From an uncultured Thermoleophilia bacterium (GTDB lineage: Bacteria > Actinomycetota > Thermoleophilia > UBA2241): a stretch of DNA of 64,000 nt. A program made the position numbers and the translations under genes. The stretch covers positions 896,001 through 960,000 of the forward strand of contig CAVPCT010000003.1 in assembly GCA_963702475.1 (NCBI GenBank). The letters run 5' to 3'. Within the stretch, counting starts at the first letter, position 1, and every line of letters begins with the position of its first letter. Positions 18,881 through 29,282 of the stretch are shown in pieces. The notes beneath the pieces are model-generated. The model was not told the origin of the DNA and did not search any database. It was given only the letters and a program-made list of their open reading frames with translations.

Positions 18881-20956
18881 ATGCCTGTGGACCCGAGCGA
18901 GTTCCACGCCGTCGAGGCCGGCGAGGTCGTCAGCTGCCCCGAAGGATACGCCGCCTTCGTGCCGGCGCCACTGCCGCCGAAGTTCGCCTACACGCGCGAG
19001 CTCGTCCTCGCCCTGTCGAGGGCCGATGCCGCCCTGGGCGAGCTCTCCGGCATCGGCACGCAGCTGCCCGACCCGGACCTGCTCGACGCGCCGTTCAAGC
19101 GCCAGGAGGCGCTGTGCTCCTCGCGCATCGAAGGCGCCGACGTGAGCCTCTCGGACCTGCTTCTCGATCAGGTGGGCGCGGCGCGCCCCAGCGTTCCGCG
19201 CGACAATCTGCGCGAGGTGCGCGCCTGCATCGCCACCCTGCGCTTCGGCGTGCAGCGGCTCAAGGAGGAGCCGCTCTCGCTGGACTTCGTGCGCGCCCTG
19301 CACGAGCGCCTGCTCATGGGCGAGGTGGGGCAGGCGCGCACGCCCGGCGAGTTCCGCACCTCGCAGAACTGGATCGGGCCTCCCGGCGCCACGCTGGCCA
19401 CCGCCACGTACGTGCCCACGCCCATCGCGCAGTTGCACCAGGCGCTCTCGCAGTGGGAGGCGTTCCTGCAGGAGCGCGGCGCGGTGCCGGACCTCGTGCA
19501 GTGCGCCATGCTTCACGCGCAGTTCCAGAGCATCCACCCGTTCGTGGGCGGCAACGGCCGGCTCGGGCGGTTGCTCATCACGCTGTTCCTCATGGAGCGC
19601 GCCCGCCTCAGCCGCCCGCTGCTCTACCTCTCCGCCTTTCTCGAGGGTCACCGCGACGAGTACTACGTGCTGCTCCAGCGGGTGCGAACCCACGGCGAGT
19701 GGGAGCCGTGGTTGCGCTTCTTCGCCCAGGGCGTCTACGAGACGGCGCGGCGCGCGTCGCGCCAGGCGCGCGCGCTCATCGGCCACTACGAGCGCGATCG
19801 AGAGAAGCTCCGAGGGCATACGCTAGAGTTGGCCGACGAGCTGTTCCGCACCCCGTGCATGACCGTCCCCGAGGCTCAGCGGGTGCTCGACGTGACGAAC
19901 CCGACCGCACGACGCGCCGTGCGCGAACTCGAGGCCAGGGGTCTGCTCGAGGAGTGGGGCGAGAAGAGCTGGCCGCGGGTCTACCTGGCGCGGCACGTGC
20001 TCGACGCCGTGCTGCACCCCGTCGAGGACCTTCGCGCCCTGGCCGCCGCCGAGGCGCAGGGCGCCGTCATCAAGTCCGCGGCTGCGGAGACAGAAGGCCC
20101 GCCGCGTCGCGCCGACCGCCTCATGGCCGAGGCCATGGACATCATCGATGCGGCCCGCGAGCGCGGCGCCCAGTTGCGCCTCACCGGAGGGCTCGCCATC
20201 CGCCGGTACTGCACCGACCTCGTCTTCATGGACCGCGAGTACTCGGACATCGACTTCGTCGCGCTGTCCTCCCAGGCCAAGGAGGTGGGCGAGACCTTCG
20301 AGGCGCTCGGCTACACCGAGAACCGCTACGTGAGCCAGTCCACCGGCCACGCCCAACTCCAGTACATCAAGGACGAGGCGCTGCGCCACGCCGCCGAGAA
20401 GGCGGCGGGCAGCGCGTGTGACGCATCGTACGAGCCGCCTCTGGTGGATCACGTGGACGTCTTTCTCGACGTCATGCGCATGGATCACGATGTCGACGTG
20501 CAGGACCGCCTCGACATCGACGAGTACGCCATAGCGCCGGCAGACGCGTTCATCGCCAAGATGCAGATCGGCAAGATCAACCAGAAGGACGTCCACGACA
20601 TCGTCGCCCTGGTGAAGGACGTGCCTCTGCGCGACGTGGACGACGACACCAGCATCGACGTGCTCCACATCGCCGACGTCTGCTCGCGGGACTGGGGCCT
20701 GTACCACGACATCACGACGAACCTGGACAAGGCCCTGGCGATGGCCGGCGACTACGGCCTCACCGCGGACGAGGAGCACCGCGTGCTCGCCCGGCTGCGG
20801 GCCATCAAGGAGTCGGTCGAGAGCGCCAGCAAGACGTTCCTCTGGCGGCTGCGCGCCAGCGTGGGCCAGCGGGTCGCCTGGCGCCGGGAGATCGAAGAGA
20901 CCGAAGGCACCACGGTGATCGCTCCGGAGTGGGACTACCGGCGCGACCTCGGCTGA
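18881..20956 (+). CDS. Fic family protein (Fic + HTH) fused to a Pol-beta-like nucleotidyltransferase domain
   Basis: SSRIEG inhibitory motif, PGEFRTSQNWIG, HPFVGGNGRLGR; C-terminal LRLTGGLAI...REYSDIDFV...VDVFLD...K.QI..IN.KD..D; single open frame; RBS GGGAGGG before 18881. Confidence 0.85.
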   Translation: MPVDPSEFHAVEAGEVVSCPEGYAAFVPAPLPPKFAYTRELVLALSRADAALGELSGIGTQLPDPDLLDAPFKRQEALCSSRIEGADVSLSDLLLDQVGAARPSVPRDNLREVRACIATLRFGVQRLKEEPLSLDFVRALHERLLMGEVGQARTPGEFRTSQNWIGPPGATLATATYVPTPIAQLHQALSQWEAFLQERGAVPDLVQCAMLHAQFQSIHPFVGGNGRLGRLLITLFLMERARLSRPLLYLSAFLEGHRDEYYVLLQRVRTHGEWEPWLRFFAQGVYETARRASRQARALIGHYERDREKLRGHTLELADELFRTPCMTVPEAQRVLDVTNPTARRAVRELEARGLLEEWGEKSWPRVYLARHVLDAVLHPVEDLRALAAAEAQGAVIKSAAAETEGPPRRADRLMAEAMDIIDAARERGAQLRLTGGLAIRRYCTDLVFMDREYSDIDFVALSSQAKEVGETFEALGYTENRYVSQSTGHAQLQYIKDEALRHAAEKAAGSACDASYEPPLVDHVDVFLDVMRMDHDVDVQDRLDIDEYAIAPADAFIAKMQIGKINQKDVHDIVALVKDVPLRDVDDDTSIDVLHIADVCSRDWGLYHDITTNLDKALAMAGDYGLTADEEHRVLARLRAIKESVESASKTFLWRLRASVGQRVAWRREIEETEGTTVIAPEWDYRRDLG

Positions 20957-21090
20957 CGCGCGGGCGCCGCCGCTCCACAGGCTCCCGCGTGCGGGCGACG
21001 CTCCCGGCGCAGCATAGAATGTATGCAGTGACGCCGGCCGCGGGCGGGGCACGAATGCCCTCGCCCTGACGCCGGCAGGAGGGAGCAGGC

Positions 21091-23064
21091 ATGGGGGGCA
21101 TGGTCCCTGAGGACGTCTACGGGCTGACGGGGGTGTCGGACCCCCGGCTCTCGCCGGACGGCACGACCGTCGCCTATGTGGTGGACCGGGTCGACGGCGA
21201 GGCGAACGAGTACCGCGGCGCCATCTGGCTCGCGCCGGCCGACGGCTCAGGCGAGCCGCGGCAGTTCACCGCAGGCGCGAAGATGGACGGCGACCCGCGC
21301 TGGTCGCCGGACGGCGCCTCACTCGCCTTCACGTCCAACCGCGACGGCAAGGTGGCGCAGCTGTACGTCATGCCGGCGCGGGGGGGCGAGGCGCGCAAGC
21401 TCACCGACCTCAAAGAGGACGTGACGCAGCCGGAGTGGTCGCCGGACGGGGCTACCCTCGCGTTCGTCGCGCGCGTGCGTGACGCGGCCTACACCGAGGA
21501 GGACGAAAAGAAACGGGAGCCGCGCCGCATCACGCGCCTCCAGTACAAGCACGACAACATCGGCTGGACGTTCGACCGGCCGCAGCACGTGTTCACGGTC
21601 GCGGCCGACGGCTCGTCCGAGCCGGTCCAGCTCACCGCCGGCGACTTCGAGGACTCCTCACCGTCCTGGTGTCCCGACGGCAGGACGATTGCTTTCGTCT
21701 CGGCGCGGCATGAGGACTGGGACATCGACATGGCCAGCGACGTGTACCTTGTGGACGCCGCCGGCGGAGAGCCGCGGCGTCTCACGCAGGGCGGCGGGTC
21801 CACGGGCGGCCTGTCCTGGTCTCCCGACGGTACACGCATCGCCGTGCAGCGGTACCCGGCCGTCTACGACGACCCGAAGAACACGCAGGTGGGCGTCGTC
21901 GACGCCGCCTCGGGCGAGATCCGCCTGCTCACGCAGGCGCTCGACCGCGACTGCGGCGGGTACGGAGCCATCCGCGAGCCGGTCTGGGACGCGGACGACC
22001 TCCTGTTCCCGGTGGACGACCGCGGCCGCACGCACGTCTACAGGGTGCCGGCGGACGGCTCCGCAGCGCCCGGGGTCGTGGTCGGCGGTGAGCGTGTGGT
22101 CACCGGCTTCGACGCGCGCGCCGGCCGCGTCGTGTTCTCGGCCACTGAGGCGACGCGGCTCAGCGAGCTGTACGTGACCGACGGCGCGCCCGACGGCGGC
22201 CGTCGCCTCAGCGGCGTCGGAGAGGCGTTCGCCGCCGCGCGTGACCTCTCCGCTCCAGAGCGTTACACGGCCGTCTCGGCCGACGGCGCCGAGGTGGAGG
22301 CTTGGGTGATGCGCCCGGCCGGCTTCGAGCCCGGAGAGAAGTACCCGACACTGCTGAACATCCACGGCGGGCCGTTCGGCCAGTACGGAGTCGGTTTCTT
22401 CGACGAGTTCCAGGTGTATACGGCCGCCGGCTACGTGGTGCTGTACGCCAACCCGCGCGGCTCGTCCGGCTACAGCGAGGCCTGGGGCCGGGCCATCCGT
22501 GGCCCCGGCGACGCCGGCCCAGGCTGGGGCTCCGTGGACTACGACGACTGCATGGCCGTGGTGGACGAGGCGCTCCGGCGCTTCGACTTCGTCGACCCGG
22601 AGCGCCTGGGCGTGATGGGTGGCTCGTACGGCGGCTACATGACCTCGTGGATCGTCTCGCACACCGACCGCTTCAAGGCGGCCATCTCCGAGCGCTCGGT
22701 GAACAGCATGGTGAGCGAGTGGGGTTCCAGCGACTTCGGCTGGGACTTCAAGGGCTACATGGATGCCTGGCTCTTCGACGACGTGCAGAAGTACCTGGAC
22801 GTCTCCCCCGCGTCGTACGCGCGGGACATCCGCACGCCGCTCCTCATCCTGCACTCGGAGGAGGACCTGCGCTGCCCGGTCGAGCAGGCCGAGCACCTGT
22901 TCGTCAGCCTGCGCCTGCTCAAGCGGCCGGTGGAGATGGTGCGCTTTCCCAAGGAGTCGCACGAGCTGTCGCGCTCGGGAAGCCCGCTGCACCGCGTGCG
23001 GCGGTTCCGGATCATCCTCGAGTTCATGGACAGGCATCTCGGGGACGGCGGGGAGCCGGCGTGA
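21091..23064 (+). CDS. S9 family peptidase (acylaminoacyl/dipeptidyl peptidase) with WD40-like propeller
   Basis: Repeated WSPDG, IHGGP, NPRGS.GY, GGSYGG, D.RCP..Q, E.HELSR. Confidence 0.95.
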   Translation: MGGMVPEDVYGLTGVSDPRLSPDGTTVAYVVDRVDGEANEYRGAIWLAPADGSGEPRQFTAGAKMDGDPRWSPDGASLAFTSNRDGKVAQLYVMPARGGEARKLTDLKEDVTQPEWSPDGATLAFVARVRDAAYTEEDEKKREPRRITRLQYKHDNIGWTFDRPQHVFTVAADGSSEPVQLTAGDFEDSSPSWCPDGRTIAFVSARHEDWDIDMASDVYLVDAAGGEPRRLTQGGGSTGGLSWSPDGTRIAVQRYPAVYDDPKNTQVGVVDAASGEIRLLTQALDRDCGGYGAIREPVWDADDLLFPVDDRGRTHVYRVPADGSAAPGVVVGGERVVTGFDARAGRVVFSATEATRLSELYVTDGAPDGGRRLSGVGEAFAAARDLSAPERYTAVSADGAEVEAWVMRPAGFEPGEKYPTLLNIHGGPFGQYGVGFFDEFQVYTAAGYVVLYANPRGSSGYSEAWGRAIRGPGDAGPGWGSVDYDDCMAVVDEALRRFDFVDPERLGVMGGSYGGYMTSWIVSHTDRFKAAISERSVNSMVSEWGSSDFGWDFKGYMDAWLFDDVQKYLDVSPASYARDIRTPLLILHSEEDLRCPVEQAEHLFVSLRLLKRPVEMVRFPKESHELSRSGSPLHRVRRFRIILEFMDRHLGDGGEPA

Positions 23065-23657
23065 GCGAGGGCGGGGCGTTGCGCCTCATGGTGGTCATCG
23101 CCAGCACAAGGCCCGGCCGGGTCGGTCTGCCGGTGGGGGAGTGGGTCGTGGAGCAGGCTGAGGCGCACGGCGGCTTCGACGTGGACCTCGCCGACCTCGC
23201 CGAGCTCGGCCTGCCCTTCATGGACGAGCCCAACCACCCGCGGCTGAAGCACTACACCAAGCCACACACCTGGGCATGGAGCGAGCGTGTGGATCCAGCC
23301 GACGCCTTCGTCTTCGTGTTCCCGGAGTACAACCACGGCCTCAACGCCCCGCTCAAGAACGCCCTCGACTTCCTGTACCAGGAGTGGGCGCACAAGCCGG
23401 CGGGGCTGGTCACCTACGGCGGCATCGCCGCGGGGTCGCGCTCGGCGGAGATGCTCCGCCTCGCCCTCCTGGGGCTGCGCGTCGTGCCCATCTTCGAGAG
23501 CGTGTACATCCCGTTCGTGTCGCAGGCGCTCGACGACGGGCGCTTCCAGGCGAGCGAGAGCGTGGAGCGCGCCGCGACGGCCCTGTTCGACGAGCTCGGG
23601 CGGTACGCCCGCGCTCTGCGTGTGCTGCGCGAGCCGGCCCCCGAGGGCCGCGCGTGA
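23061..23657 (+). CDS. NADPH-dependent FMN reductase
   Basis: ASTRPGR.G, PEYNHG..APLKNALD.L..EW..KP; GTGA overlaps at both ends. Confidence 0.92.
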   Translation: MSEGGALRLMVVIASTRPGRVGLPVGEWVVEQAEAHGGFDVDLADLAELGLPFMDEPNHPRLKHYTKPHTWAWSERVDPADAFVFVFPEYNHGLNAPLKNALDFLYQEWAHKPAGLVTYGGIAAGSRSAEMLRLALLGLRVVPIFESVYIPFVSQALDDGRFQASESVERAATALFDELGRYARALRVLREPAPEGRA

Positions 23658-24679
23658 AGCGGGCCGGGGGCGAGCGCGGTGTGCATGGCGCCGGCGCGGC
23701 GGCTCTCGTCGCGCTCGCACTTCTGGCCGCGGCCCTGGCCGGCGTGGGCGTGAGCGCGGGGCCGGCGGGAGCCGCCGGCAAGACCCGCTACGTCGCTGTC
23801 TCCGTGGCGACGCTCTGGGTGCAGCCGGGTGGCGCCCGCGCCGTGGATGCACCCTCGCTGGCCGTGCCGGCCGACCCGCGCGAGTGGGTCGAGGACATGT
23901 CGGTCGAGCAGAAGCGCTGGCTGGTGGGCCGCCTCGAGACCCAGGCGCTGCTCGGCGACAAGGTCACGGTAGTGACGACGAGGGGCTCGTGGTCCAGAGT
24001 GGCCGTCGTGAACCAGCCCACGCCGCGCGATAGGCGCGGCTACCCGGGCTGGCTGCCCACGGCCCAGCTCAGCGTTCGGGCGCCCGAGCCCACGCAGGGG
24101 GTTGCCACCGTGGTCCGGCCCACCGCGTGGCTCCACGCGGCGTCGGACCTCGAGGAGCGCGTCCTCGAGGTGTCGTACGCCACGCGGCTGTACGTGCAGG
24201 GCACGGGTGACGGCTGGGTGGAGGTCGCGACGCCGTCCGGCGATCACCTGTTCGTCGCCCGCGGTGCCGTCGTCCTGCGCGCCCGCGGATCGCAGGCGCT
24301 GACGCCGACCGGCGCGCAGGTATTGGCCGAGGCGCGCCGCTTTCTCGGTCTGCAGTACCTCTGGGCCGGCACGGCAGGGTTCGGCTTCGACTGCTCCGGC
24401 TTCACGTACTCCGTGTTCCGCGTGCTCGGCGTCACGATCCCGCGCGACGCCGGCCCGCAGTCGGTCTTCGGCCGCGCCGTGCGTTCCCGTGGCTCGCTGC
24501 GCGCCGGCGACCTGGTGTTCTTCCGCAGCGCCTCCGGCGGGGTGCATCACGTCGGCATCTGCGTTGGCGGCGGCCGCATGATCCACGCGCCGCGCACCGG
24601 CAAGCCGGTCGCCGAGGTCTCGCTGTCCGCCGAGCCGTACGCGTCGGAGTTCGCCGGGGGGCGGCGTCTGACGCGCTGA
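23654..24679 (+). CDS. Secreted NlpC/P60 (C40) peptidase with SH3-like domains (YkfC-like)
   Basis: Signal peptide; TQ.LLG, YLWAG....GFDCSG, IPRDA..Q, GDLVFF, HHVG, MIHAP. Confidence 0.92.
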   Translation: MKRAGGERGVHGAGAAALVALALLAAALAGVGVSAGPAGAAGKTRYVAVSVATLWVQPGGARAVDAPSLAVPADPREWVEDMSVEQKRWLVGRLETQALLGDKVTVVTTRGSWSRVAVVNQPTPRDRRGYPGWLPTAQLSVRAPEPTQGVATVVRPTAWLHAASDLEERVLEVSYATRLYVQGTGDGWVEVATPSGDHLFVARGAVVLRARGSQALTPTGAQVLAEARRFLGLQYLWAGTAGFGFDCSGFTYSVFRVLGVTIPRDAGPQSVFGRAVRSRGSLRAGDLVFFRSASGGVHHVGICVGGGRMIHAPRTGKPVAEVSLSAEPYASEFAGGRRLTR

Positions 24680-24884
24680 CGAAGCGCAGCCTGTGCCGAG
24701 ACGACCGTCGCCCGGGCCCGCACGGGTGCCGGCGAGGCCTCCGGCGGGCAGGATGTCTGGCAGGAGACGAGTGGCCCGGCCGGGCCCGGCCGTCGCCCTG
24801 CCGTCCGGCAGGGCTACTGACGCGGGCCTCCCCGGTCGATACGGTTGCTGCGCGCGGCGCGCGGCCGCGGAGAGGAGGTTGGAC

Positions 24885-25766
24885 GTGAAGCACGAGAAGG
24901 CGGCGGGGGAGACGCGCATCACCTATGTCGGCCACGGCACGGTGCTCATCGAGATGGACGGCGTGCGCATCATCACGGACCCCGTCCTCAAGCGCTGGAC
25001 AGGGGCGCTGCGCCGCTACGGCCCGTTGCCCGACCCCAGCGTGCACCACCACCTCGACGCGGTGCTCATCTCTCACCTGCACCTCGACCACCTGGATTCG
25101 CCCTCACTCAGGATGCTCCCCAAGCACGCAGTGGTCATCGGGCCGCCGCTGGTGGGTCGCACCGTCCACAAGGTGGGCTTCAAGACAGTCATCGAGACAC
25201 GGCGCGACACGGTGTTGCACGTGGGCGACGTCGACGTCATCGCCGTGCACGCCAAGCACACCAAGCGCCGCTGGGTGGTCACACCGGCCACGGAGCCGCT
25301 GGGGTTCATCATCCAGGGCTCGTCCATCATCTACTTCGCCGGCGACACGGCCCTCTTCGACGAGATGGACCAGATCCACGAGCGCATCGACGTGGCGCTG
25401 CTGCCCATCGAGACGTGGGGCGTGCGGCCGCCGGAGGGCCGGCACATGAGCCCGCGCTCCGCGGCCACGTCTCTCGCCATGCTGGAGCCGCGCATCGCCG
25501 TGCCGATCCACTGGGGCACGCTCTACCTGCCCGGCTCCGCGTATGCCGGCAAGGAGGCCACGTACGCGTGGTTCCGCAAGATCCGACGGCGGCCCGAGGC
25601 GTTCGCCACCATCGCCGCCGAGGCCGCACCAGACGTGGACGTGCGGCTGCTGGACCCGGGCGAGGCCCTGGTCGTCCCGCCGCACCCGGACGGGCCCTGG
25701 CAGCCCACCGATGCGGCCGAGCCGTCCGCCGACGGCGCCTCGGTGCCGCCCGGCCCGCCCCCGTGA
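24885..25766 (+). CDS. MBL-fold metallo-hydrolase (NAPE-PLD/UlaG-like)
   Basis: YVGHGT, ISHLHLDHLD, YFAGDT, LLPI, HM.P, PIHWGT. Confidence 0.9.
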   Translation: MKHEKAAGETRITYVGHGTVLIEMDGVRIITDPVLKRWTGALRRYGPLPDPSVHHHLDAVLISHLHLDHLDSPSLRMLPKHAVVIGPPLVGRTVHKVGFKTVIETRRDTVLHVGDVDVIAVHAKHTKRRWVVTPATEPLGFIIQGSSIIYFAGDTALFDEMDQIHERIDVALLPIETWGVRPPEGRHMSPRSAATSLAMLEPRIAVPIHWGTLYLPGSAYAGKEATYAWFRKIRRRPEAFATIAAEAAPDVDVRLLDPGEALVVPPHPDGPWQPTDAAEPSADGASVPPGPPP

Positions 25767-25903
25767 GCGTGGAGCCGCCACAGAGCGGCGTCTCGTCCGG
25801 GCGCGAGCGCGACGAGCGCGACGCCGGGTACCGCGGTGAGGACGCCCGGATCGAGACCGAACCTCAACCTCACGTGGAGGTAGAGACTACGGCGTGACAC
25901 CGT

Positions 25904-25943
25904 GAGAAAGGGGCGGGCGCCGGCCGGCGCCCGCCCCTTTCTC
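25904..25943. terminator. Bidirectional intrinsic terminator-like hairpin between convergent genes
   Basis: GAGAAAGGGGCGGGCGCCG-GC-CGGCGCCCGCCCCTTTCTC perfect inverted repeat. Confidence 0.8.
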
Positions 25944-25972
25944 GTGCGGTGCGATCTCTCTCTCAGCTCACC

Positions 25973-26893
25973 TCAGCACTCGTCCAGCCACTTCCGGTAC
26001 TCGGGGTCGTCCACCGTCTTCTGGGAGCGGTTCACGATGCGGTCCATGCCCCACTCCCAGTAGTCGAAGTCGATGTGCGACACCGTCTTCTGGATCATGG
26101 CCCACACGCCCCACCACACTCCCGAGACGACCTTGTACAGCATCATGCGGCCGAAGCGGCCCTCGTCCATGCCGTTGCAGTACGTCTCGATGATCAGGCG
26201 TTCCTCGTCGCGCGTGAACGGGTGCTCCATGACGAAGTCACCGAGGTCGAAGTACGGGTCGGTCTGCCCGCCGTACTCCCAGTCGATCACCCACATCTTG
26301 CCGCTCGCGTCGACGATGAAGTTCTCGCTCAGCAGGTCGTTGTGACAGGCCACGTCCTGGGGCGGGCGCGCCGACGTGGCCTTCTCGATGACGTCCATCT
26401 CCTTGAGCAGCGACTCGAGCTCGGGCGGCATGGGGGCGTCGATCTCCCGTGCGATCTTCGTGTAGTGGCGCAGCATGTCGAAGACCTGGATCTTGTGCGT
26501 GAAGGTGGCCTTCTCGTGGATGACCTTGACGGTCTCCACGACCTGCCGGATGCGGTCCGGGTGCCCGGCGATGGTGTCGGGGTGCATGAGCTCGCCCTCG
26601 ACGAAGTCGCTGACGAGGGCCCCCTCGGGGTCGATCTGGTAGGCGACCGCGGGGCCCACGCCGGCCTTGGCGGCCTGGATCATGTTGTAGCGCTCGACCT
26701 CGCGGTCGATGAACATGTCGGTGCCGGTGCCGGGGACGCGGAGGACATACTTCTTTCCCTGGGGCGGCCCCCCGTCGACCCAGATGATGTAGTTGTGGTT
26801 GGTGATGCCTCCGCCGAGCTCCTCGTACCGCACATCGTGACCCTTCCAGGCGTCGATGCGGCCAATGGCTTCCTCGGGTCCGAACTGTGACAT
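25973..26893 (-). CDS. Choline/ethanolamine kinase-like phosphotransferase
   Basis: LGGGITN.NY, YVLR.PG.GT..FIDR..E, CHNDLL.ENF, IDWEY, FDLG. Confidence 0.88.
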   Translation of the reverse strand: MSQFGPEEAIGRIDAWKGHDVRYEELGGGITNHNYIIWVDGGPPQGKKYVLRVPGTGTDMFIDREVERYNMIQAAKAGVGPAVAYQIDPEGALVSDFVEGELMHPDTIAGHPDRIRQVVETVKVIHEKATFTHKIQVFDMLRHYTKIAREIDAPMPPELESLLKEMDVIEKATSARPPQDVACHNDLLSENFIVDASGKMWVIDWEYGGQTDPYFDLGDFVMEHPFTRDEERLIIETYCNGMDEGRFGRMMLYKVVSGVWWGVWAMIQKTVSHIDFDYWEWGMDRIVNRSQKTVDDPEYRKWLDEC

Positions 26894-27070
26894 GGTGACG
26901 TCCTTTCGCCCGTGAGTCGCACAGACGCTTTCACATTCTCGCGGAATCTTCCAGACCAGCCGCGGCGGTCCACGTTTGACACCCTCTCGCCTCATTGACT
27001 ACGGTCAGGCCTGAGCGGGGCGCCGGAGGGCGATGGGTCCCCGCGCTTGGCAGGCTCCGGGGGGCAGGAC

Positions 27071-29083
27071 GTGACGAGGCTGATGCGCAGGCTGGCAGGG
27101 GCGCGAGGAGCGCTGCTGGTCGTGCTGCTGGCCGCCGCCGTGGGGCTGGTGGCATGGCAGAGCGGCCGTGCCGCCGCGAGCCCATCGCCCGCGTCGCCCT
27201 CCCCCGGGTCCCCTTCGCCCTCGCCGTCGCCCGGCGTGACCCTGAAGCTGGGGTGGACCGAGACGCCGTTCAGCCTGAACCCGTTCATCGGCTCGGGTAC
27301 CTCACAGGAGATCTGGCGGCTCAACTACGACACGCTGGTGGGGCTCGGCGCCGACGGCCTGCCGTCGCCGGAGACCGGGCTCGCGCGGAGCTGGGAGAGC
27401 TCGGCCGACCAGAAGGCCTGGAAGTTCCGCCTGCGTCCCGGGGTGCACTGGCAGGACGGCCGGAGGCTGACGGCGGCCGATGTCGCGTTCACGTACAGGT
27501 TCATCATCGACAACGACCTCAAGGGGTCGCTGGAGCTACAGGACGTGGACGACGTGGATGTCGTCGACGACCTCACCGTGAAGCTGTACTGCGCGCACGC
27601 CAAGGCGGACATGCTGGTGGCCCTGGCGTCGGTGTACGTCCTGCCGAGGCACGTCTGGAAGGACGTGAGTGCCGAGAAGGCGGCCACGACGTTCGTCAAC
27701 AAGAGACCCATCGTGGGTTCCGGGCCCTTCCAGACGGTGAAGTTCCAGCTGGGCGGCTACATCCGGATGCTGAAGAACCCCTACTACTGGGGTCCCGCAC
27801 CGACGGTGGAGGAGCTGGTCTTCCTCACCTACTCCGGCAACGACGACCTGGTGCAGGACCTCGAGGACGGGACCGTCCACGCCGCCGAAGCGGTGAAGCC
27901 CTCCTCGTACAGGGACCTCGCCGCCGAGGCGGGCATCGAGCGCATCGCCTACCCGCTCTACAGCTGGGAGTACGTCGCAGTCAACTGCTCCTCGGGCGAC
28001 GCCTCCGAAGGGGATCCCGTGCTCAAGGACGCCGCGTTCCGGCGCGCCATCGCGTGGGCCATCGACCGGCAGGCGTGCGCCGACGTGTGGGACGGGTTCG
28101 CGAGCCCGGGCTACGGCATCTACCCCGAGGACGGCTGGCCGGCGTCGTTCGACCCTTACTTCGAGCCGAGTCCCGAGACGGCCATCGGCTTCGATCCGGC
28201 CCAGGCTGAGGAACTCCTCGACGAGGCGGGCTACAAGGACACCGACGACGACGGCGTGCGTGAGCACGAGGGCAAGCACATCGTGCTGCGCCTGTGGGCC
28301 CAGGACGGCGCCTGGCAGAGCGAAGCACAGGGAGAGCTGATCGCGGAGTGGCTTCGCGACGTGGGCATCAAGATCACGTACGAGACTCTGAGCGAGGCCG
28401 AGATCCAGGAGCGCATGCACCAGGTCAAGCTCGTGGTCGTGCCCCCGGAGCTGCCGCAGGTGCCGGCCGGCCTGGGCCCGGAGGCGGCCGCGGCCGCCGC
28501 GGCCGCAGCGGCGGCCCAGGCCGAACCCATCGTGAAGCCCGTGTTCGCGCCCGACTACGACCTCGTGGTCCGCAGCGCCACCGGCTCGGCCGATCCGGGC
28601 ATCACGGCCACCTGGTACACCTCGGACCAGGTCGGCAGGCTCAACGACCTGAACTGGTCCAACGAGGACTACGACGACCTCTGCCAGCGCCAGGCGCGCG
28701 CCGTCGACCCGCGGAAGCGTCTCGGCCGGCTCGCGGAGATGCAGCAGTTGATGTACATGAAGCAGCCGATGATCGTGCTCGACTACCCGTCGCGGCTGCA
28801 GGCCGTGAACGCCCGTGCGTGGGCCGGCTGGCAGCCCTACGCCGGGGGGAGTGTGTGGCACAACCACCTCGACCGGCAGAGCTACCTGACGCTCTCGCCC
28901 GCACCCACGGTCACGCAGCAGAGTGTGGTGTCGACGACGCTGATCGCGGGGATCGCCGGCGGTGTGGCCGTCTTCGTCCTCCTCGTGTTCGCGGTCTGGC
29001 TCGTGGGGAGGAGGCGTGAGCGCGCGTTCGAGGCGCGCTGGGAGACCGAGCAGGCGGTCGCGCAGGAGAGAGGGGAGGCCTGA
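27071..29083 (+). CDS. Family-5 (peptide/nickel) ABC substrate-binding protein with C-terminal TM anchor
   Basis: SLNPF, LA.SWE.S.D...W.F.LR.GV.W.DG..LTA.DVAFT, VGSGPF, FRRAIA.AIDR; C-terminal hydrophobic helix followed by RRRER. Confidence 0.9.
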   Translation: MTRLMRRLAGARGALLVVLLAAAVGLVAWQSGRAAASPSPASPSPGSPSPSPSPGVTLKLGWTETPFSLNPFIGSGTSQEIWRLNYDTLVGLGADGLPSPETGLARSWESSADQKAWKFRLRPGVHWQDGRRLTAADVAFTYRFIIDNDLKGSLELQDVDDVDVVDDLTVKLYCAHAKADMLVALASVYVLPRHVWKDVSAEKAATTFVNKRPIVGSGPFQTVKFQLGGYIRMLKNPYYWGPAPTVEELVFLTYSGNDDLVQDLEDGTVHAAEAVKPSSYRDLAAEAGIERIAYPLYSWEYVAVNCSSGDASEGDPVLKDAAFRRAIAWAIDRQACADVWDGFASPGYGIYPEDGWPASFDPYFEPSPETAIGFDPAQAEELLDEAGYKDTDDDGVREHEGKHIVLRLWAQDGAWQSEAQGELIAEWLRDVGIKITYETLSEAEIQERMHQVKLVVVPPELPQVPAGLGPEAAAAAAAAAAAQAEPIVKPVFAPDYDLVVRSATGSADPGITATWYTSDQVGRLNDLNWSNEDYDDLCQRQARAVDPRKRLGRLAEMQQLMYMKQPMIVLDYPSRLQAVNARAWAGWQPYAGGSVWHNHLDRQSYLTLSPAPTVTQQSVVSTTLIAGIAGGVAVFVLLVFAVWLVGRRRERAFEARWETEQAVAQERGEA

Positions 29084-29282
29084 CCGCCGCATCGTGACGG
29101 CGGCGGCGGTCGTGGCGCCTGCCGGCTCGCGGCCCGCGCCCGCGGACGGGCCGCCCCTCAGGCCAGTCACAGGGCGACCCCAGTGTGCTCTCAGGCTCCC
29201 TTAAGGCACGAGCGGTATCGTGCTGCCCAGACAACGCCGGCCCGCCGCCATGGCGGGTGGCTCGCGACGAAAGGCAGCACAG

